From Alphaproteobacteria bacterium (GTDB taxonomy: Bacteria > Pseudomonadota > Alphaproteobacteria > GCA-2731375), in assembly GCA_965232515.1 (NCBI GenBank), contig CBDDPY010000002.1, positions 6,976,001 through 7,040,000 on the forward strand: a stretch of DNA of 64,000 nucleotides, given 5' to 3'. A program made the position numbers and the translations under genes. Every line of letters begins with the position of its first letter. Position 1 is the stretch's first letter. Of this stretch, positions 45,114 through 55,013 are shown piece after piece. Under the pieces are notes generated by a model. The model saw only the letters and a list, made by a program, of their open reading frames with translations. It was not told the DNA's origin and did not search any database.

Positions 45114-45808
45114 CGCTATCGCTATTTGTCGCCCTCGCGCCGCTGCGCCCAGCCTACGCCATCTTCGGCTTCGGCGACATCGTGTTCGACCCGTCGAACT
45201 ACGCGCAGAACCTGCTGACGGCGGCGCGGACCTTGCAGCAGATCAACAACCAGATCCGCCAGCTTCAGAATGAAGCCCAGATGCTGATCAACCAGGCGAA
45301 CAATCTCGCCAATCTCCCTTATTCGGCGTCGGCGCAGATTCAGGCACGGCTTTACCAAATCCAAACACTGATCCGAAGCGCCGAGGGCATAGCCTTCACG
45401 ATCGCCCAGACCGAAGCGGCGTTCGCCGCCTACTACCCGGAGAACTACGAGACGTTCAGCAATCTTGAGATGGTCACGCATGCGCGGGTGCGCTGGGAGC
45501 AAACCCGTCATGCTCTTCATGACGCGCTGGTCATGCATGCCCAGATCGCGAACGTGGTCGAGGCGGACACCGCGACGCTAGGCACCCTGATGAGCGAAAG
45601 CCAGAGCGCGGTCGGCAATCTCCAAGTGACCCAGGCGGGCAACCAGCTCGTCGCCCTCAATGTCAAGCAGGGTCTTCAGACCCAGCAGCTCTTGGCTGCC
45701 CAGTACCGGGCCGAAGCGATCGACCGCGCCCGCACCGTCGCGATCGAGGAACAGGCGCGAGTCTACACAGCGCGTTTTCTGGGAGACGGCAACGCCTATT
45801 CGCGATGA
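45089..45808 (+). CDS. trbJ: TrbJ/VirB5
   Basis: Signal peptide, VFDPSNYAQN.LTAAR.LQQINNQI, QAGNQL; AAGGAG RBS. Confidence 0.92.
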   Translation: MRRKIYALTLSLFVALAPLRPAYAIFGFGDIVFDPSNYAQNLLTAARTLQQINNQIRQLQNEAQMLINQANNLANLPYSASAQIQARLYQIQTLIRSAEGIAFTIAQTEAAFAAYYPENYETFSNLEMVTHARVRWEQTRHALHDALVMHAQIANVVEADTATLGTLMSESQSAVGNLQVTQAGNQLVALNVKQGLQTQQLLAAQYRAEAIDRARTVAIEEQARVYTARFLGDGNAYSR

Positions 45809-45837
45809 ACGCAGCAGGAAGATAGGAGGAAGAACCC

Positions 45838-47175
45838 GTGAACGACCTGAACGTCATCGATAGTTTTGTTGCGACGTTCACGTCCTACATCGACAGCGGC
45901 TTCGGCCTGCTGGGACCCGATGTCGCGTTCCTGACCGCCATACTCATCGGGATCGATATCACGCTGGCCGGTTTGTTCTGGGCGCTCAACCGCGAAGACA
46001 ACGTCCTCGGCCAGTTCCTCAAGAAGGTGCTCTATGTGGGCGCCTTCGCCTTCATCCTGAACAACTTCTCGCTGCTCGCCAACATCATCTTCAACAGCTT
46101 CGCCCAATTGGGCCTCAACGCCACGGGCAGCACTATCACCGCCGCCGACTTGCTGCGCCCCGGCTTCGTCGCCGACACGGGCTGGACAGCTTCTTATCCT
46201 TTGCTCACCGAGATTCAGAGCCTTCTGGGGCCGATCGCCTTCTTTCACAACTTCCTGACCATTGCGGTCCTGTTGCTCGCGTGGCTCATTACGCTGCTGG
46301 CGTTTTTCATTCTCGCGATCCAGCTCTTCATTACGATCATAGAGTTCAAGCTCACCACGTTGGCGGGCTTCGTGCTTGTACCTTTCGCGCTCTGGGCAAA
46401 AACATCGTTCCTCGCCGAACGGGTTCTCGGCAATGTCATCTCTTCGGGCATCAAGCTCATGGTGCTCGCCGTCATCGTCGGCATTGGGTCGACCATTTTC
46501 GGAACCATCACGGCGACTTTTACGCCCGGAGCCGTGACCCTGGAACAGGCCGCCGCGGTCATCCTGGCATCGCTTGCTCTACTAGGGCTCGGCGTCTTCG
46601 GTCCCGGTATCGCGGCCGGCCTCGTCTCCGGTGCGCCGCAGCTTGGCGCCGGCGCCGCCATTGGAACAGCCGCCGGCGTTGGCGCGGGCGTCGTTGCCGG
46701 AGGCGCGCTCGCAGGCGCCGGAGGACGCGCGCTTATCTCCGGCGGCCAGGGTGCGGTGCGGGCCGGCGCGGCTCTTACGGGTGGCGCGCAAACGTCATAC
46801 GCACTCGGCCAAGCCGCCTCTGGCGCCAGCGGCGTGCGCGGCGCGGCCGCTGGCGTCGCCGGTGTCGCGCGGGCCGGCGCAGCCTCCGTCGGACAAGGAG
46901 TTCGTCAGTTTGCGGATCGTGCCCTCGGACGCCCCGGGGAAGCGTATGCGAGCGGCGCGCAAAGCGCATTTACAGCGACTGGTGGCCGGGCACCGGCATC
47001 GGCGGCCGGTGGCCCAGCCACAACGGCCGCTGCGGGCGGCGCGCCGCAATGGGCGCAACGTCTGCGTAGAGAGCAATTCGTGCGCGACGCCGGACTCGCG
47101 GGAGCCCAAGCCGTTCGCGAAGGGGACCGCCCCGTTGCGGGGGAGAGTCCGCGGCTTACGAGAGACGATGAGTGA
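45838..47175 (+). CDS. trbL: TrbL/VirB6
   Basis: YIDSGFGLL, IEFKLTTLAGFVLVPF, Gly/Ala-rich tail. Confidence 0.93.
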   Translation: MNDLNVIDSFVATFTSYIDSGFGLLGPDVAFLTAILIGIDITLAGLFWALNREDNVLGQFLKKVLYVGAFAFILNNFSLLANIIFNSFAQLGLNATGSTITAADLLRPGFVADTGWTASYPLLTEIQSLLGPIAFFHNFLTIAVLLLAWLITLLAFFILAIQLFITIIEFKLTTLAGFVLVPFALWAKTSFLAERVLGNVISSGIKLMVLAVIVGIGSTIFGTITATFTPGAVTLEQAAAVILASLALLGLGVFGPGIAAGLVSGAPQLGAGAAIGTAAGVGAGVVAGGALAGAGGRALISGGQGAVRAGAALTGGAQTSYALGQAASGASGVRGAAAGVAGVARAGAASVGQGVRQFADRALGRPGEAYASGAQSAFTATGGRAPASAAGGPATTAAAGGAPQWAQRLRREQFVRDAGLAGAQAVREGDRPVAGESPRLTRDDE

Positions 47176-47873
47176 GGCTGATGTTCAAACGCCAAACAGA
47201 TAAATATGGAGCTACGGACGCGCCGACGACGCCGTACCAGCGGGCAGCGCAGGCATGGGACGACCGCATGGGATCGGCGCGGGTCCAGGCGCACAATTGG
47301 CGCCTTGCCGCCTTTGGATCGCTGGCGCTGGCTCTTGTCCTGGCCGGCGGTCTGATTTGGCAATCGGCGCGGAGCATTATCACGCCCTACGTCGTCGAGG
47401 TGGATAGTCAGGGCGCCGTGCGTGCCGTCGGCCCGGCCCTGCAGAACTATGAGCCGACTGATGCGCAGATCGCTTTTCACTTGGCGAACTTCATCCGCAA
47501 CGTCCGATCCATTTCGATAGATCCGATCATCGTGCGCCAGAATTGGCTTGAGGCTTACGACTACACGACTGACCGGGCGGCGCTTACCCTTAATGACTAC
47601 GCACGCGAGAACGACCCTTTCGCGCAGATCGGTCGACGCAGCGTCGCCGTTGAGATCACCAGCGTCGTGCGCTCTTCCGATGACTCGTTCGATGTTCGCT
47701 GGCGGGAAAACACCTATCGGAACGGTCAGCCCGCCGGTGCGGAAACCTACACCGCCGTATTGAGCATCGTACTCGAAACGCCCGACACGGCTGAACTCAT
47801 CCACAAAAACCCATTGGGCGTCTACGTACATGGCATCAATTGGTCGAAGGACCTCACGGCAGGAGGCCAGTAA
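47172..47873 (+). CDS. trbF: TrbF/VirB8
   Basis: TPYQRAAQAWDDRMGSARVQA.NWR, NPLGVYV. Confidence 0.93.
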   Translation: MRLMFKRQTDKYGATDAPTTPYQRAAQAWDDRMGSARVQAHNWRLAAFGSLALALVLAGGLIWQSARSIITPYVVEVDSQGAVRAVGPALQNYEPTDAQIAFHLANFIRNVRSISIDPIIVRQNWLEAYDYTTDRAALTLNDYARENDPFAQIGRRSVAVEITSVVRSSDDSFDVRWRENTYRNGQPAGAETYTAVLSIVLETPDTAELIHKNPLGVYVHGINWSKDLTAGGQ

Positions 47874-48856
47874 TGAAACCGTATGTATACCCCTTTATTG
47901 TTTTGGCTCTTGCCGCCTGTTCGCACAACAGGACACCGGACATCGTGCTCGACGGTGAGGAATTCGGGCCCGCCGTGCTTCAGGCGGAAACGCCCGATCC
48001 GGTGGAGATCGTCGAGAACTTCCGGCCCTATCCTTTGCCGGGACAGCTCAAGGTGAACCCAGCCGCCTCTGGGGAGACGGTGACTCCCCTGAAGCCACAT
48101 GAGCACATCGACCGGGCGAATGACGCCGCCGCCATTGAGCCCGACCTCGAGAACTATGTGAACGCGATCCAGATTTACCCCTACATGCCCGGTGCGCTCT
48201 ACCAGCTTTACGCCGCGCCCGAACAGGTAACCGACGTTGCTTTGCAGCCGGGTGAAGAGCTCTTGTCCGTCTCCGCCGGAGACACGGTCCGTTGGGTGGT
48301 TGGGGACACGCAAAGCGGCGCCGGTGGCAATGAGCGGGCGCACATCCTCGTCAAGCCGATCGCGCCCAACCTCACCACCAATCTCGTCATTACGACGGAT
48401 CGACGCGCCTACCATCTGGAGATGCGCAGCTTCAACGAGACCTACATGGCGGCGATTTCCTGGCGCTATCCCCACGACGAACTCACCACACGCCGCGCGG
48501 AAAACGAGCAAGCTAGACGCACCCGAGAGAGAACTGTCGAAAGCGGGTTGTCCGTAGACCGGCTTAAGTTCCGCTACGAGGTTTCGGGTGATAGGCCCCA
48601 TTGGCGCCCGCTTCGCGCCTTTGACGATGGACGCAAGGTTTACATTCAGTTTCCGTCGCGCATCGCTCAGGGCGAGGCGCCGCCGCTCTTTATCCTCGGC
48701 GCAGACGGCGAAACCGAGCTCGTCAATTATCGGGTCCGGGGGTCCTATTACATCGTCGACCGCCTCTTTGCGATCGCCGAACTACGGTTGGGCGAGGAGC
48801 CACAACAGATCGTCCGTATCTCACGGATCGATCTCAATGTGTTGAGAGGGTCGTAG
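47873..48856 (+). CDS. trbG: TrbG/VirB9
   Basis: Lipobox LAAC, ALQPGE, AGDTVRW, FDDGRKVYI, YIVDRLF. Confidence 0.93.
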   Translation: MKPYVYPFIVLALAACSHNRTPDIVLDGEEFGPAVLQAETPDPVEIVENFRPYPLPGQLKVNPAASGETVTPLKPHEHIDRANDAAAIEPDLENYVNAIQIYPYMPGALYQLYAAPEQVTDVALQPGEELLSVSAGDTVRWVVGDTQSGAGGNERAHILVKPIAPNLTTNLVITTDRRAYHLEMRSFNETYMAAISWRYPHDELTTRRAENEQARRTRERTVESGLSVDRLKFRYEVSGDRPHWRPLRAFDDGRKVYIQFPSRIAQGEAPPLFILGADGETELVNYRVRGSYYIVDRLFAIAELRLGEEPQQIVRISRIDLNVLRGS

Positions 48857-48859
48857 GCG

Positions 48860-50104
48860 ATGACGAGCCCGGCCGCACAAGCCGATGCCCCGGAGGCGAT
48901 CTCGCTGCGAGCCCGGCCGAGGCCCGTCACACGCCTGAACCGCACCGCGCTCATAGTCATCCTGGGCGGGGTTATGATCGTCATCTTCGGCGCTTTGCTG
49001 ATCGCGCTTCAACCACCGTCGATCACGGGAGACGGCGAGCGGACCGAACTCTACAACACGCGCAACAAGCCCCATGCGGAGGGGCTCGCCGCTCTGCCTC
49101 AAAGTTATGAAGGCATGCAGTCCACCCTCGGCCCACCCATGCCGGGCGATTTGGGCGCCGCGATCTTGCGCGCCCAGAACGAGTTGGGCGTTCAACCGGC
49201 GCCGCCGGCCTTGCCGTCGGAGACGCCGTTCCGCCCCAGCGCTGAGGACGAAGCCGCCCGAAATGAAGCGCTGCGCCAGGCGAAGATGGCCGTTGAAGCT
49301 CGCGAAAGTCAGGTGTTCTTCAAATTGAACAATCGGCCTGCTACGGGAGCGCGCACCGCAGCGGAAGGAACGATGCCGACGGCGGCCGGTCCAGCGACGA
49401 TCGATCTCGTCACGCGCGATGAAACCGCACTCGGACCCACGCTCGCTGAGGATCCCAATCGGCAAGCGCGCAAGCTTTCTTTCCTTGACGAAACCGTAGA
49501 CGCGGACATCTACAATCCGCACGCCCTTCAAGACCCGGTGTCGCCTTATCAAGTTCTCGCGGGAACGATCATTCCGGCGAGCCTTATGACCGGCATCAAC
49601 TCCGATTTGCCGGGCCAGGTGATCGCGCAGGTAACCCAGCCGGTCTACGACACGGTGACGGGGCAGCATATGTTGATCCCGCAGGGCTCCCGCGTCATCG
49701 GCAGATATGACAGCGTCGTCGCGTTCGGCCAATCCCGGGCGCTTGTCGTTTGGGACCGGATCATCATGCCGGACGGCTCATCGATCGTGATCGAGAACCT
49801 TCCGGCTACGGATACACGCGGCTATGCCGGCCTCGAGGACGAGGTCGACTTCCATACTTGGCGCCTGCTGAAAGGAATCGTCTTATCGACCCTGCTGGGC
49901 GTCAGCACGGAACTGACCTTCGATGAAGCCGAGAGCGAGATCGTCGCGGCGCTCCGAGAGTCGGCGCAAAGCTCGGCAAACCAAGCCGGCCAGCGCATCG
50001 TCAACCGCGCGCTCAACATCCAGCCCACGATCACCGTAAGGCCCGGCTGGCCGCTCCGGATCATCGTCAACAAGGATCTGGTCCTTCGACCCTATCAAGG
50101 ATGA
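48860..50104 (+). CDS. trbI: TrbI/VirB10
   Basis: AGTIIPA.L.TGINSDLPG, LIPQGS, NIQPTITVRPG. Confidence 0.93.
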   Translation: MTSPAAQADAPEAISLRARPRPVTRLNRTALIVILGGVMIVIFGALLIALQPPSITGDGERTELYNTRNKPHAEGLAALPQSYEGMQSTLGPPMPGDLGAAILRAQNELGVQPAPPALPSETPFRPSAEDEAARNEALRQAKMAVEARESQVFFKLNNRPATGARTAAEGTMPTAAGPATIDLVTRDETALGPTLAEDPNRQARKLSFLDETVDADIYNPHALQDPVSPYQVLAGTIIPASLMTGINSDLPGQVIAQVTQPVYDTVTGQHMLIPQGSRVIGRYDSVVAFGQSRALVVWDRIIMPDGSSIVIENLPATDTRGYAGLEDEVDFHTWRLLKGIVLSTLLGVSTELTFDEAESEIVAALRESAQSSANQAGQRIVNRALNIQPTITVRPGWPLRIIVNKDLVLRPYQG

Positions 50105-50391
50105 CGTCTATGAGCTCACACAATGTAAAGCTGGACCGGCTGCCCGACCGCACGCCTGTGAAACTCAATGTCACGGTCTCCCCGGAGCTGCATCGGGATC
50201 TGCAAGATTACGCACGCGCCTACGCCCACACCCACGGCGAGGATGAGAGCATACCCGCATTGATTCCATACATGCTCGAAGCCTTCATGGGCGCGGACGC
50301 CGGTTTCAAGCGCCTTCAGAAAAAATGGCTCAATGGCGAGGCGTCCCCGCCCGCGAGCCGTTCCCGATCATCAGCGGACGCAAATGCATAG
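50101..50391 (+). CDS. DUF2274 family protein
   Basis: KL..LPDRTPVKL, L.DYA..Y, LIP.ML..F...D..F; usual position after trbI. Confidence 0.85.
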   Translation: MTSMSSHNVKLDRLPDRTPVKLNVTVSPELHRDLQDYARAYAHTHGEDESIPALIPYMLEAFMGADAGFKRLQKKWLNGEASPPASRSRSSADANA

Positions 50392-50400
50392 GAGAGAGCC

Positions 50401-50718
50401 ATGGCTCGTATAGGAAAGTTCAAGCCCGCCAAGGATGGCTATGAAGGAGCCATCCGGACACTGACCATGAACACGAAGGCCCGCATTGTCGCGGTCGACG
50501 AGAAGCCCAATGACAACGCGCCGGACTTTCGAGTCTTCGGGGGAGATGCCGAACTGGGAGCGGCCTGGAAAGCACGCTCGAACGGTGATGACGCAATCGA
50601 TTATCTGCGCGTCACGCTGGACGATCCGAGCTTTGTTGAACCTGTTTATGCGGCGCTGTTCGAGAAGGATGGGTCCGCCGATCTGGTCTGGAACCGTAAG
50701 AAAAACGGCGCCGCTTGA
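50401..50718 (+). CDS. DUF736 family protein
   Basis: IG.F, G.IRTLT, APDFRV, ELGAAW, LDDPSF..P.YA.L, L.W.R. Confidence 0.88.
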   Translation: MARIGKFKPAKDGYEGAIRTLTMNTKARIVAVDEKPNDNAPDFRVFGGDAELGAAWKARSNGDDAIDYLRVTLDDPSFVEPVYAALFEKDGSADLVWNRKKNGAA

Positions 50719-50753
50719 CGACGGTCGGTGAGGGCCTGTCACCGTCTGGAGGT

Positions 50754-51395
50754 TCAGTTTCGAGCGGCTTCCGCAATGGCGGCCCGGGAGTCTTTCACCG
50801 CCGTTGGATGCTTCAGAGTGAGCATGCCAAGGGCGGCCGGGCCGAAACCGGCCGGAGGCTCAGTATCGAATTCGAGATAAGGTTCGGTCCGGAGGTATCT
50901 GGCGCGTGTATCGCCCCAAACCAAAAGGCTGCCTTGTTCTTCATCCGGCGCACCGTATTTGTCGAGAACCTCTGCTTGGAAGTCCGCGGCAGTCTTGCCG
51001 GCAAGAAGTCTATAGGTAACCGTGGCGACCTTTGCGCCATCAGGAGACTGAGCGTAAATGACCTCGACGGTCTCCTGTTCATTGGAAAAAGAGAGGCGTT
51101 GCACGCTTTCGAAGTCCGTGAACTGAATGGCCTTCCCGCGCGCGATGGCAACGGCCTGATCGAAAGACGGTGCGGCATTGCGTGCTGTTTCGGCGAGCAA
51201 CCGCGTTGAAGCGATGGCGGCCACTTCCTCGATCGACATGCCGAGCTCTATGCTGATTACATCGAGAACGTTTGTGTCCGCCGCACGTGACGGAACGCTG
51301 ACAACGATGAACATGACGGTGACAGCCAGTATGAGAGGTATGCGCCGCGCAAGCACAACAAGACTTACGCAATTAAAACACCCATGACCGATCAT
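50754..51395 (-). CDS. Hypothetical exported protein; start uncertain
   Basis: Hydrophobic signal-like segment ending SRA-A, then LDV..IELGMS.EEV and KYGAPD motifs. Confidence 0.55.
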   Translation of the reverse strand: MIGHGCFNCVSLVVLARRIPLILAVTVMFIVVSVPSRAADTNVLDVISIELGMSIEEVAAIASTRLLAETARNAAPSFDQAVAIARGKAIQFTDFESVQRLSFSNEQETVEVIYAQSPDGAKVATVTYRLLAGKTAADFQAEVLDKYGAPDEEQGSLLVWGDTRARYLRTEPYLEFDTEPPAGFGPAALGMLTLKHPTAVKDSRAAIAEAARN

Positions 51396-53329
51396 AACTC
51401 AATCCACTCCTCGGGAACCAAGGCTGGTGGCTTGGTCCAAGGTGCTTCCACTAGCGCGGATTGAAACCAATCATCTCGGAGGTTTGCGTGTTCGGTGACA
51501 ATGATTTGAAAGCCCGGAACATGCTCCTGCGTATATTCGTATAACAACCGGAAGAGCTTTCGGACGGTCTCCATATCAGCATCGCTCTCCGTCTTTTCAA
51601 TCGAACCACCGACGGATTTGTAGACCTCTTCGCTCGGAAAATAGACCTGTGAAGGTTGGTCGATCATCAGGAAGCGCGGAATAGGATGATTACCCTTCGC
51701 CGCGTAGCGATGCAGTGCGAGGAGAGCGCCAAGATGATAGGCAAGATGGTTTTCACCACCACCGGTCCGTTCCATGTACGTCGGACGGTCGGGACGGTCG
51801 AACACGATGGTTAGACTGCGGAGATCAAGTCTTGCGGGGAACTGTCCGAACTCGCCTCCAAGCTCGCTGACATATCCGGAAATCATCGACGAAATTCCAT
51901 TGAGCACGGAGAGCAACCGGTCTTGAGCATCGTCGCGCCCAACTTGTTTTTCTAGAGCCGCAATCCTGTTATCCAAGCGCGTTTGCGTGCGCTCAAGGCG
52001 AAGTAATTCTTCATCGGTTACGAAGTTCTCTAGAAATAGGCTAATACGCCCGACGACCCGAGCGGCTGCAGTGTTACGGTTGCCCAATTCGGCAATTTGT
52101 TCGTTGGCCGAAATCGCGGCCGCAAGTTCTTCCTCCCTTGTCCGGATCGCCTGACTTAATTGATCAATCTCAGCCTCTTTTTCAATCACATAGGCCTCGA
52201 GCTGCGGCTTCTCGGTCTCGATAATCTTCATTTCTTCATCAAGAGACGCCAACTCTTCGATTAAGGCCTGCGCAATTGGCGTGTCCAATCCCAGGTCTCC
52301 ACTGGTAAATGGCCATTGCCAGCCCCCATCACCGTTGCGAGGCAGCGAATTGATAGAAGCCAGCCGGTCTCTTTGTTCGTTGGCTTCGAACTCGAAATCC
52401 GAAGCGCGTAAGGAAAACTTCTTCGCGCTATCGATCTGCCTGCGGACACTCTGCCTTTCTTCACGAAGTCGAACCAACTCCTGCTCTAGGGCGGTAATAC
52501 GACTGCCATCTTCCTCCGGTACAGGAGTCGGTCGCCATTCTGAAGCACGTTGTAGAACGTTAATAACCGTCGATTCATCGACCGCCTCGTCTCGCAATAC
52601 ACCGACGGTTCTCGCTTCCGATAAAAGGCTGAGGCTCCGGTCGGTTGATTGCTCCACATCCAATCTGGCCTGATCCAAGCTTTTCTGATTTATCCTGAGC
52701 TGTCTTTGGAGAGACCGCAGCTCGGCCGTCAGCTTGAACTTTTCTGCCGACGCAGCACCGAACAGGATTGGGAATGTGTCTCTGATCGCTTGCGGCTGAT
52801 GATCCTCATTCTGCCGGTAGAGCAATTGGTCTTTGCTCGCGACAAATCCCTGCTTTTGGAACAGATAATAGTAAGTATGTTTCACATTCGCGTCGAAGCT
52901 TTCGCGAGAGTGCTCCATTGCAACGTCAGTCGTGTTTTCAGGAATACCCAGCAACCGTGACAGGAGAGCTTCAACGCCGGCGTCATTATCATTGATCTGC
53001 AGCTCTTCGAATTGGGGAGGCTCGATGCTCTTGCCACGTTTAACCATGGCAGTACTGCACTCGGTCGCCCCTGATTTAGGTGCAGGTTTTGCGATCAACA
53101 CTTGCTCACCGACAAACTGATAGATCACCGCATACCATGAGACGTTCTCTTCAATAACGCCATCCGGAACGTTGAAGGTCGAGCGACCCATGCAGTATTC
53201 AATAATCTCGGAAAGTGCTGATTTGCCCGTTGAGGATCGGCCCGTGATAATGTTGAGACCGTGCGCATTGAAAATTAGATCCCGCCTTTCACCAGCTAGG
53301 CTGAAGATATGGATGGAAGCAATTTTCAA
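51392..53329 (-). CDS. lmuB: Lamassu LmuB / DUF3732 SMC-like ABC ATPase
   Basis: Walker A GRSSTGKS, Q-loop FQKQ, coiled coils, signature GGGENH, Walker B IDQPSQVYF, EHA. Confidence 0.85.
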   Translation of the reverse strand: MKIASIHIFSLAGERRDLIFNAHGLNIITGRSSTGKSALSEIIEYCMGRSTFNVPDGVIEENVSWYAVIYQFVGEQVLIAKPAPKSGATECSTAMVKRGKSIEPPQFEELQINDNDAGVEALLSRLLGIPENTTDVAMEHSRESFDANVKHTYYYLFQKQGFVASKDQLLYRQNEDHQPQAIRDTFPILFGAASAEKFKLTAELRSLQRQLRINQKSLDQARLDVEQSTDRSLSLLSEARTVGVLRDEAVDESTVINVLQRASEWRPTPVPEEDGSRITALEQELVRLREERQSVRRQIDSAKKFSLRASDFEFEANEQRDRLASINSLPRNGDGGWQWPFTSGDLGLDTPIAQALIEELASLDEEMKIIETEKPQLEAYVIEKEAEIDQLSQAIRTREEELAAAISANEQIAELGNRNTAAARVVGRISLFLENFVTDEELLRLERTQTRLDNRIAALEKQVGRDDAQDRLLSVLNGISSMISGYVSELGGEFGQFPARLDLRSLTIVFDRPDRPTYMERTGGGENHLAYHLGALLALHRYAAKGNHPIPRFLMIDQPSQVYFPSEEVYKSVGGSIEKTESDADMETVRKLFRLLYEYTQEHVPGFQIIVTEHANLRDDWFQSALVEAPWTKPPALVPEEWIEL

Positions 53330-53814
53330 GGCCGCACTCCCAAAGAAGCGTAGACTGTGACCCGGTCAGAAATCCGTGCAAATTGACGGCCGAGATATTT
53401 GGCAACTAGCTGGCATTCGCGGTTTTCATCCGTGCCACTTATTGCCTTTTTTACGGTCTTTGGACGTATAGAAAGGGCACCTTTGTCGCTCACGTCTAAG
53501 CAGCCCATGTCTGCGAGGAGCGACAGACCTTCCTGACAGAACGGAAACATGCTGGTGGCACGATCAGGAAAATCGATGAGCAGTTGAGGGTAATCCTCGA
53601 CAACCTTGAGGAAGTAGCTTTTGTTGGATTTGGCTAAGATCGATCGCGTGTCCTTGTGCAAACACAGAGGGAGTACGAGCAACGAAAGCGAGTACGGCAT
53701 CGCTCTTTCAGATGTAAGCTGATGCTCGTCAATTGCCCTCGCTAACAACAGCCCGCAAAATGCTGGATTGAAGAGATTTCTGATCTCGAAAGGGCGCTTA
53801 TTCCAGGCCTTCAA
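53326..53814 (-). CDS. lmuC: Lamassu LmuC / ABC three-component middle component
   Basis: W..RP.E..NLFNPAFC, LVLPL.LH..TR, C-terminal LGVRP; overlaps both neighbours by 4 nt. Confidence 0.82.
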   Translation of the reverse strand: MKAWNKRPFEIRNLFNPAFCGLLLARAIDEHQLTSERAMPYSLSLLVLPLCLHKDTRSILAKSNKSYFLKVVEDYPQLLIDFPDRATSMFPFCQEGLSLLADMGCLDVSDKGALSIRPKTVKKAISGTDENRECQLVAKYLGRQFARISDRVTVYASLGVRP

Positions 53815-55013
53815 GTCGTGCCCTCCAAAATCCCCTCAATTCTCTCCAAGAATTTCGGGTGCCAGTGCACTCTGGGTAGAGGTCGACCGTTTGCCAGAAT
53901 ATGAAACGCCCCGCGTACAACATATGGTTCGGTCACACGCTCCCGAATACGGAGGTTTTCGGTTTCAAACTCAGCCCATCTGAAAAGCTCCTTGCCGGCG
54001 GCCACCAATTTCTCTTCCGACTCATCCGTCCCCAAAGCTTCGACAACTAAATTCTTATACCGCCTCCATTCCTCAACCAGACGATCTTCATATTCCTCCA
54101 TCTCTCCAGGTACCAAAAGATCTTCTCGCGCCCAACTTGATCGCTGTTCGAATGCTCGATAGTAATCAATGATCGCAGATTGGATCCGGTCGGTAGATGT
54201 ACCCAGGATCCGCAACTGCCGTACAAACAGCCGCTCATCGGCATCCGGATTAATCCCATCCGGTTGCTTGCCCCGAAAAGTGATTGGCAAATTGTCAGAT
54301 CGATATTCCTCGGCAATTGATGATAATTTGTCTGAGACCTCTGCCCCGTAAATTGGCTCCGTTTTGCCTCCAGCAATCTGCCGTACTGCGATGTCGTTCC
54401 ACCATCCCTCGAGGCGCTCCAGAACGGCTTGGCGGTATTCCCGTCTTACTGTCCGCAACAGCCGATCCGATAAGAGATCAGCGATATCCGTGATGCGAGG
54501 GCTCGCGTCGAAAATTGAAACTCTGCCGAGGAAGTCACGACGTTCCTCTTCACTCAGGTCTGAGTAGGAGGCCCTGATCTCGCCGATAAGCTGGGCCTCA
54601 CTTCTTTCCATCGCAGCGCCAAATTCTTCAGGAAGAGCGTCTGTGGAAGCGGAAGTGTCCATCAAAAACGCACTCAGGAAGGACGTGTCTGCAACTGTTG
54701 CGGTCGTGAACATGAAGAACTGCAGCTGACTCGTAGACCTGCCGGCCGACTTGTAACGATCGAGCCATATCCTAATGGATTTCCAAAAGTCCGTGCTCAA
54801 GTCGGTTAGTGTGCTGCCGGGCGCTCTATGCTTGAGGGACGCAAGTGAACGAGTTCCACCTTCGCCAACAAATTCCAGGTCATCTTGGCCTTCGATTAAG
54901 ACGCCTGTTCGCTCCGGTTGTTCGACTAGCTTGAACAGTGCCAGCCTCGGCTGGTAGATGTATCCTAGGCCTTGCGGCCCTGCGGAAAACTTATCACCAG
55001 ATCCGATGCTCAC
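53811..55013 (-). CDS. lmuA: Lamassu LmuA effector: Cap4-like PD-(D/E)xK nuclease + ABC-3C C-terminal domain
   Basis: LGYIYQ, IEGQDD, SLKH, LTD.S.DFWKS..IW; C-terminal A..DYYRA..QRS.W and RG.FH.LAN...V.WHP. Confidence 0.8.
   Translation of the reverse strand: MSIGSGDKFSAGPQGLGYIYQPRLALFKLVEQPERTGVLIEGQDDLEFVGEGGTRSLASLKHRAPGSTLTDLSTDFWKSIRIWLDRYKSAGRSTSQLQFFMFTTATVADTSFLSAFLMDTSASTDALPEEFGAAMERSEAQLIGEIRASYSDLSEEERRDFLGRVSIFDASPRITDIADLLSDRLLRTVRREYRQAVLERLEGWWNDIAVRQIAGGKTEPIYGAEVSDKLSSIAEEYRSDNLPITFRGKQPDGINPDADERLFVRQLRILGTSTDRIQSAIIDYYRAFEQRSSWAREDLLVPGEMEEYEDRLVEEWRRYKNLVVEALGTDESEEKLVAAGKELFRWAEFETENLRIRERVTEPYVVRGAFHILANGRPLPRVHWHPKFLERIEGILEGTT

Noticed and set aside
50754-51395. Fourth Lamassu component
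   Set aside because: The ATGA overlap with lmuB is suggestive, but the start is uncertain, the protein looks exported and its GC resembles the backbone; not enough support.
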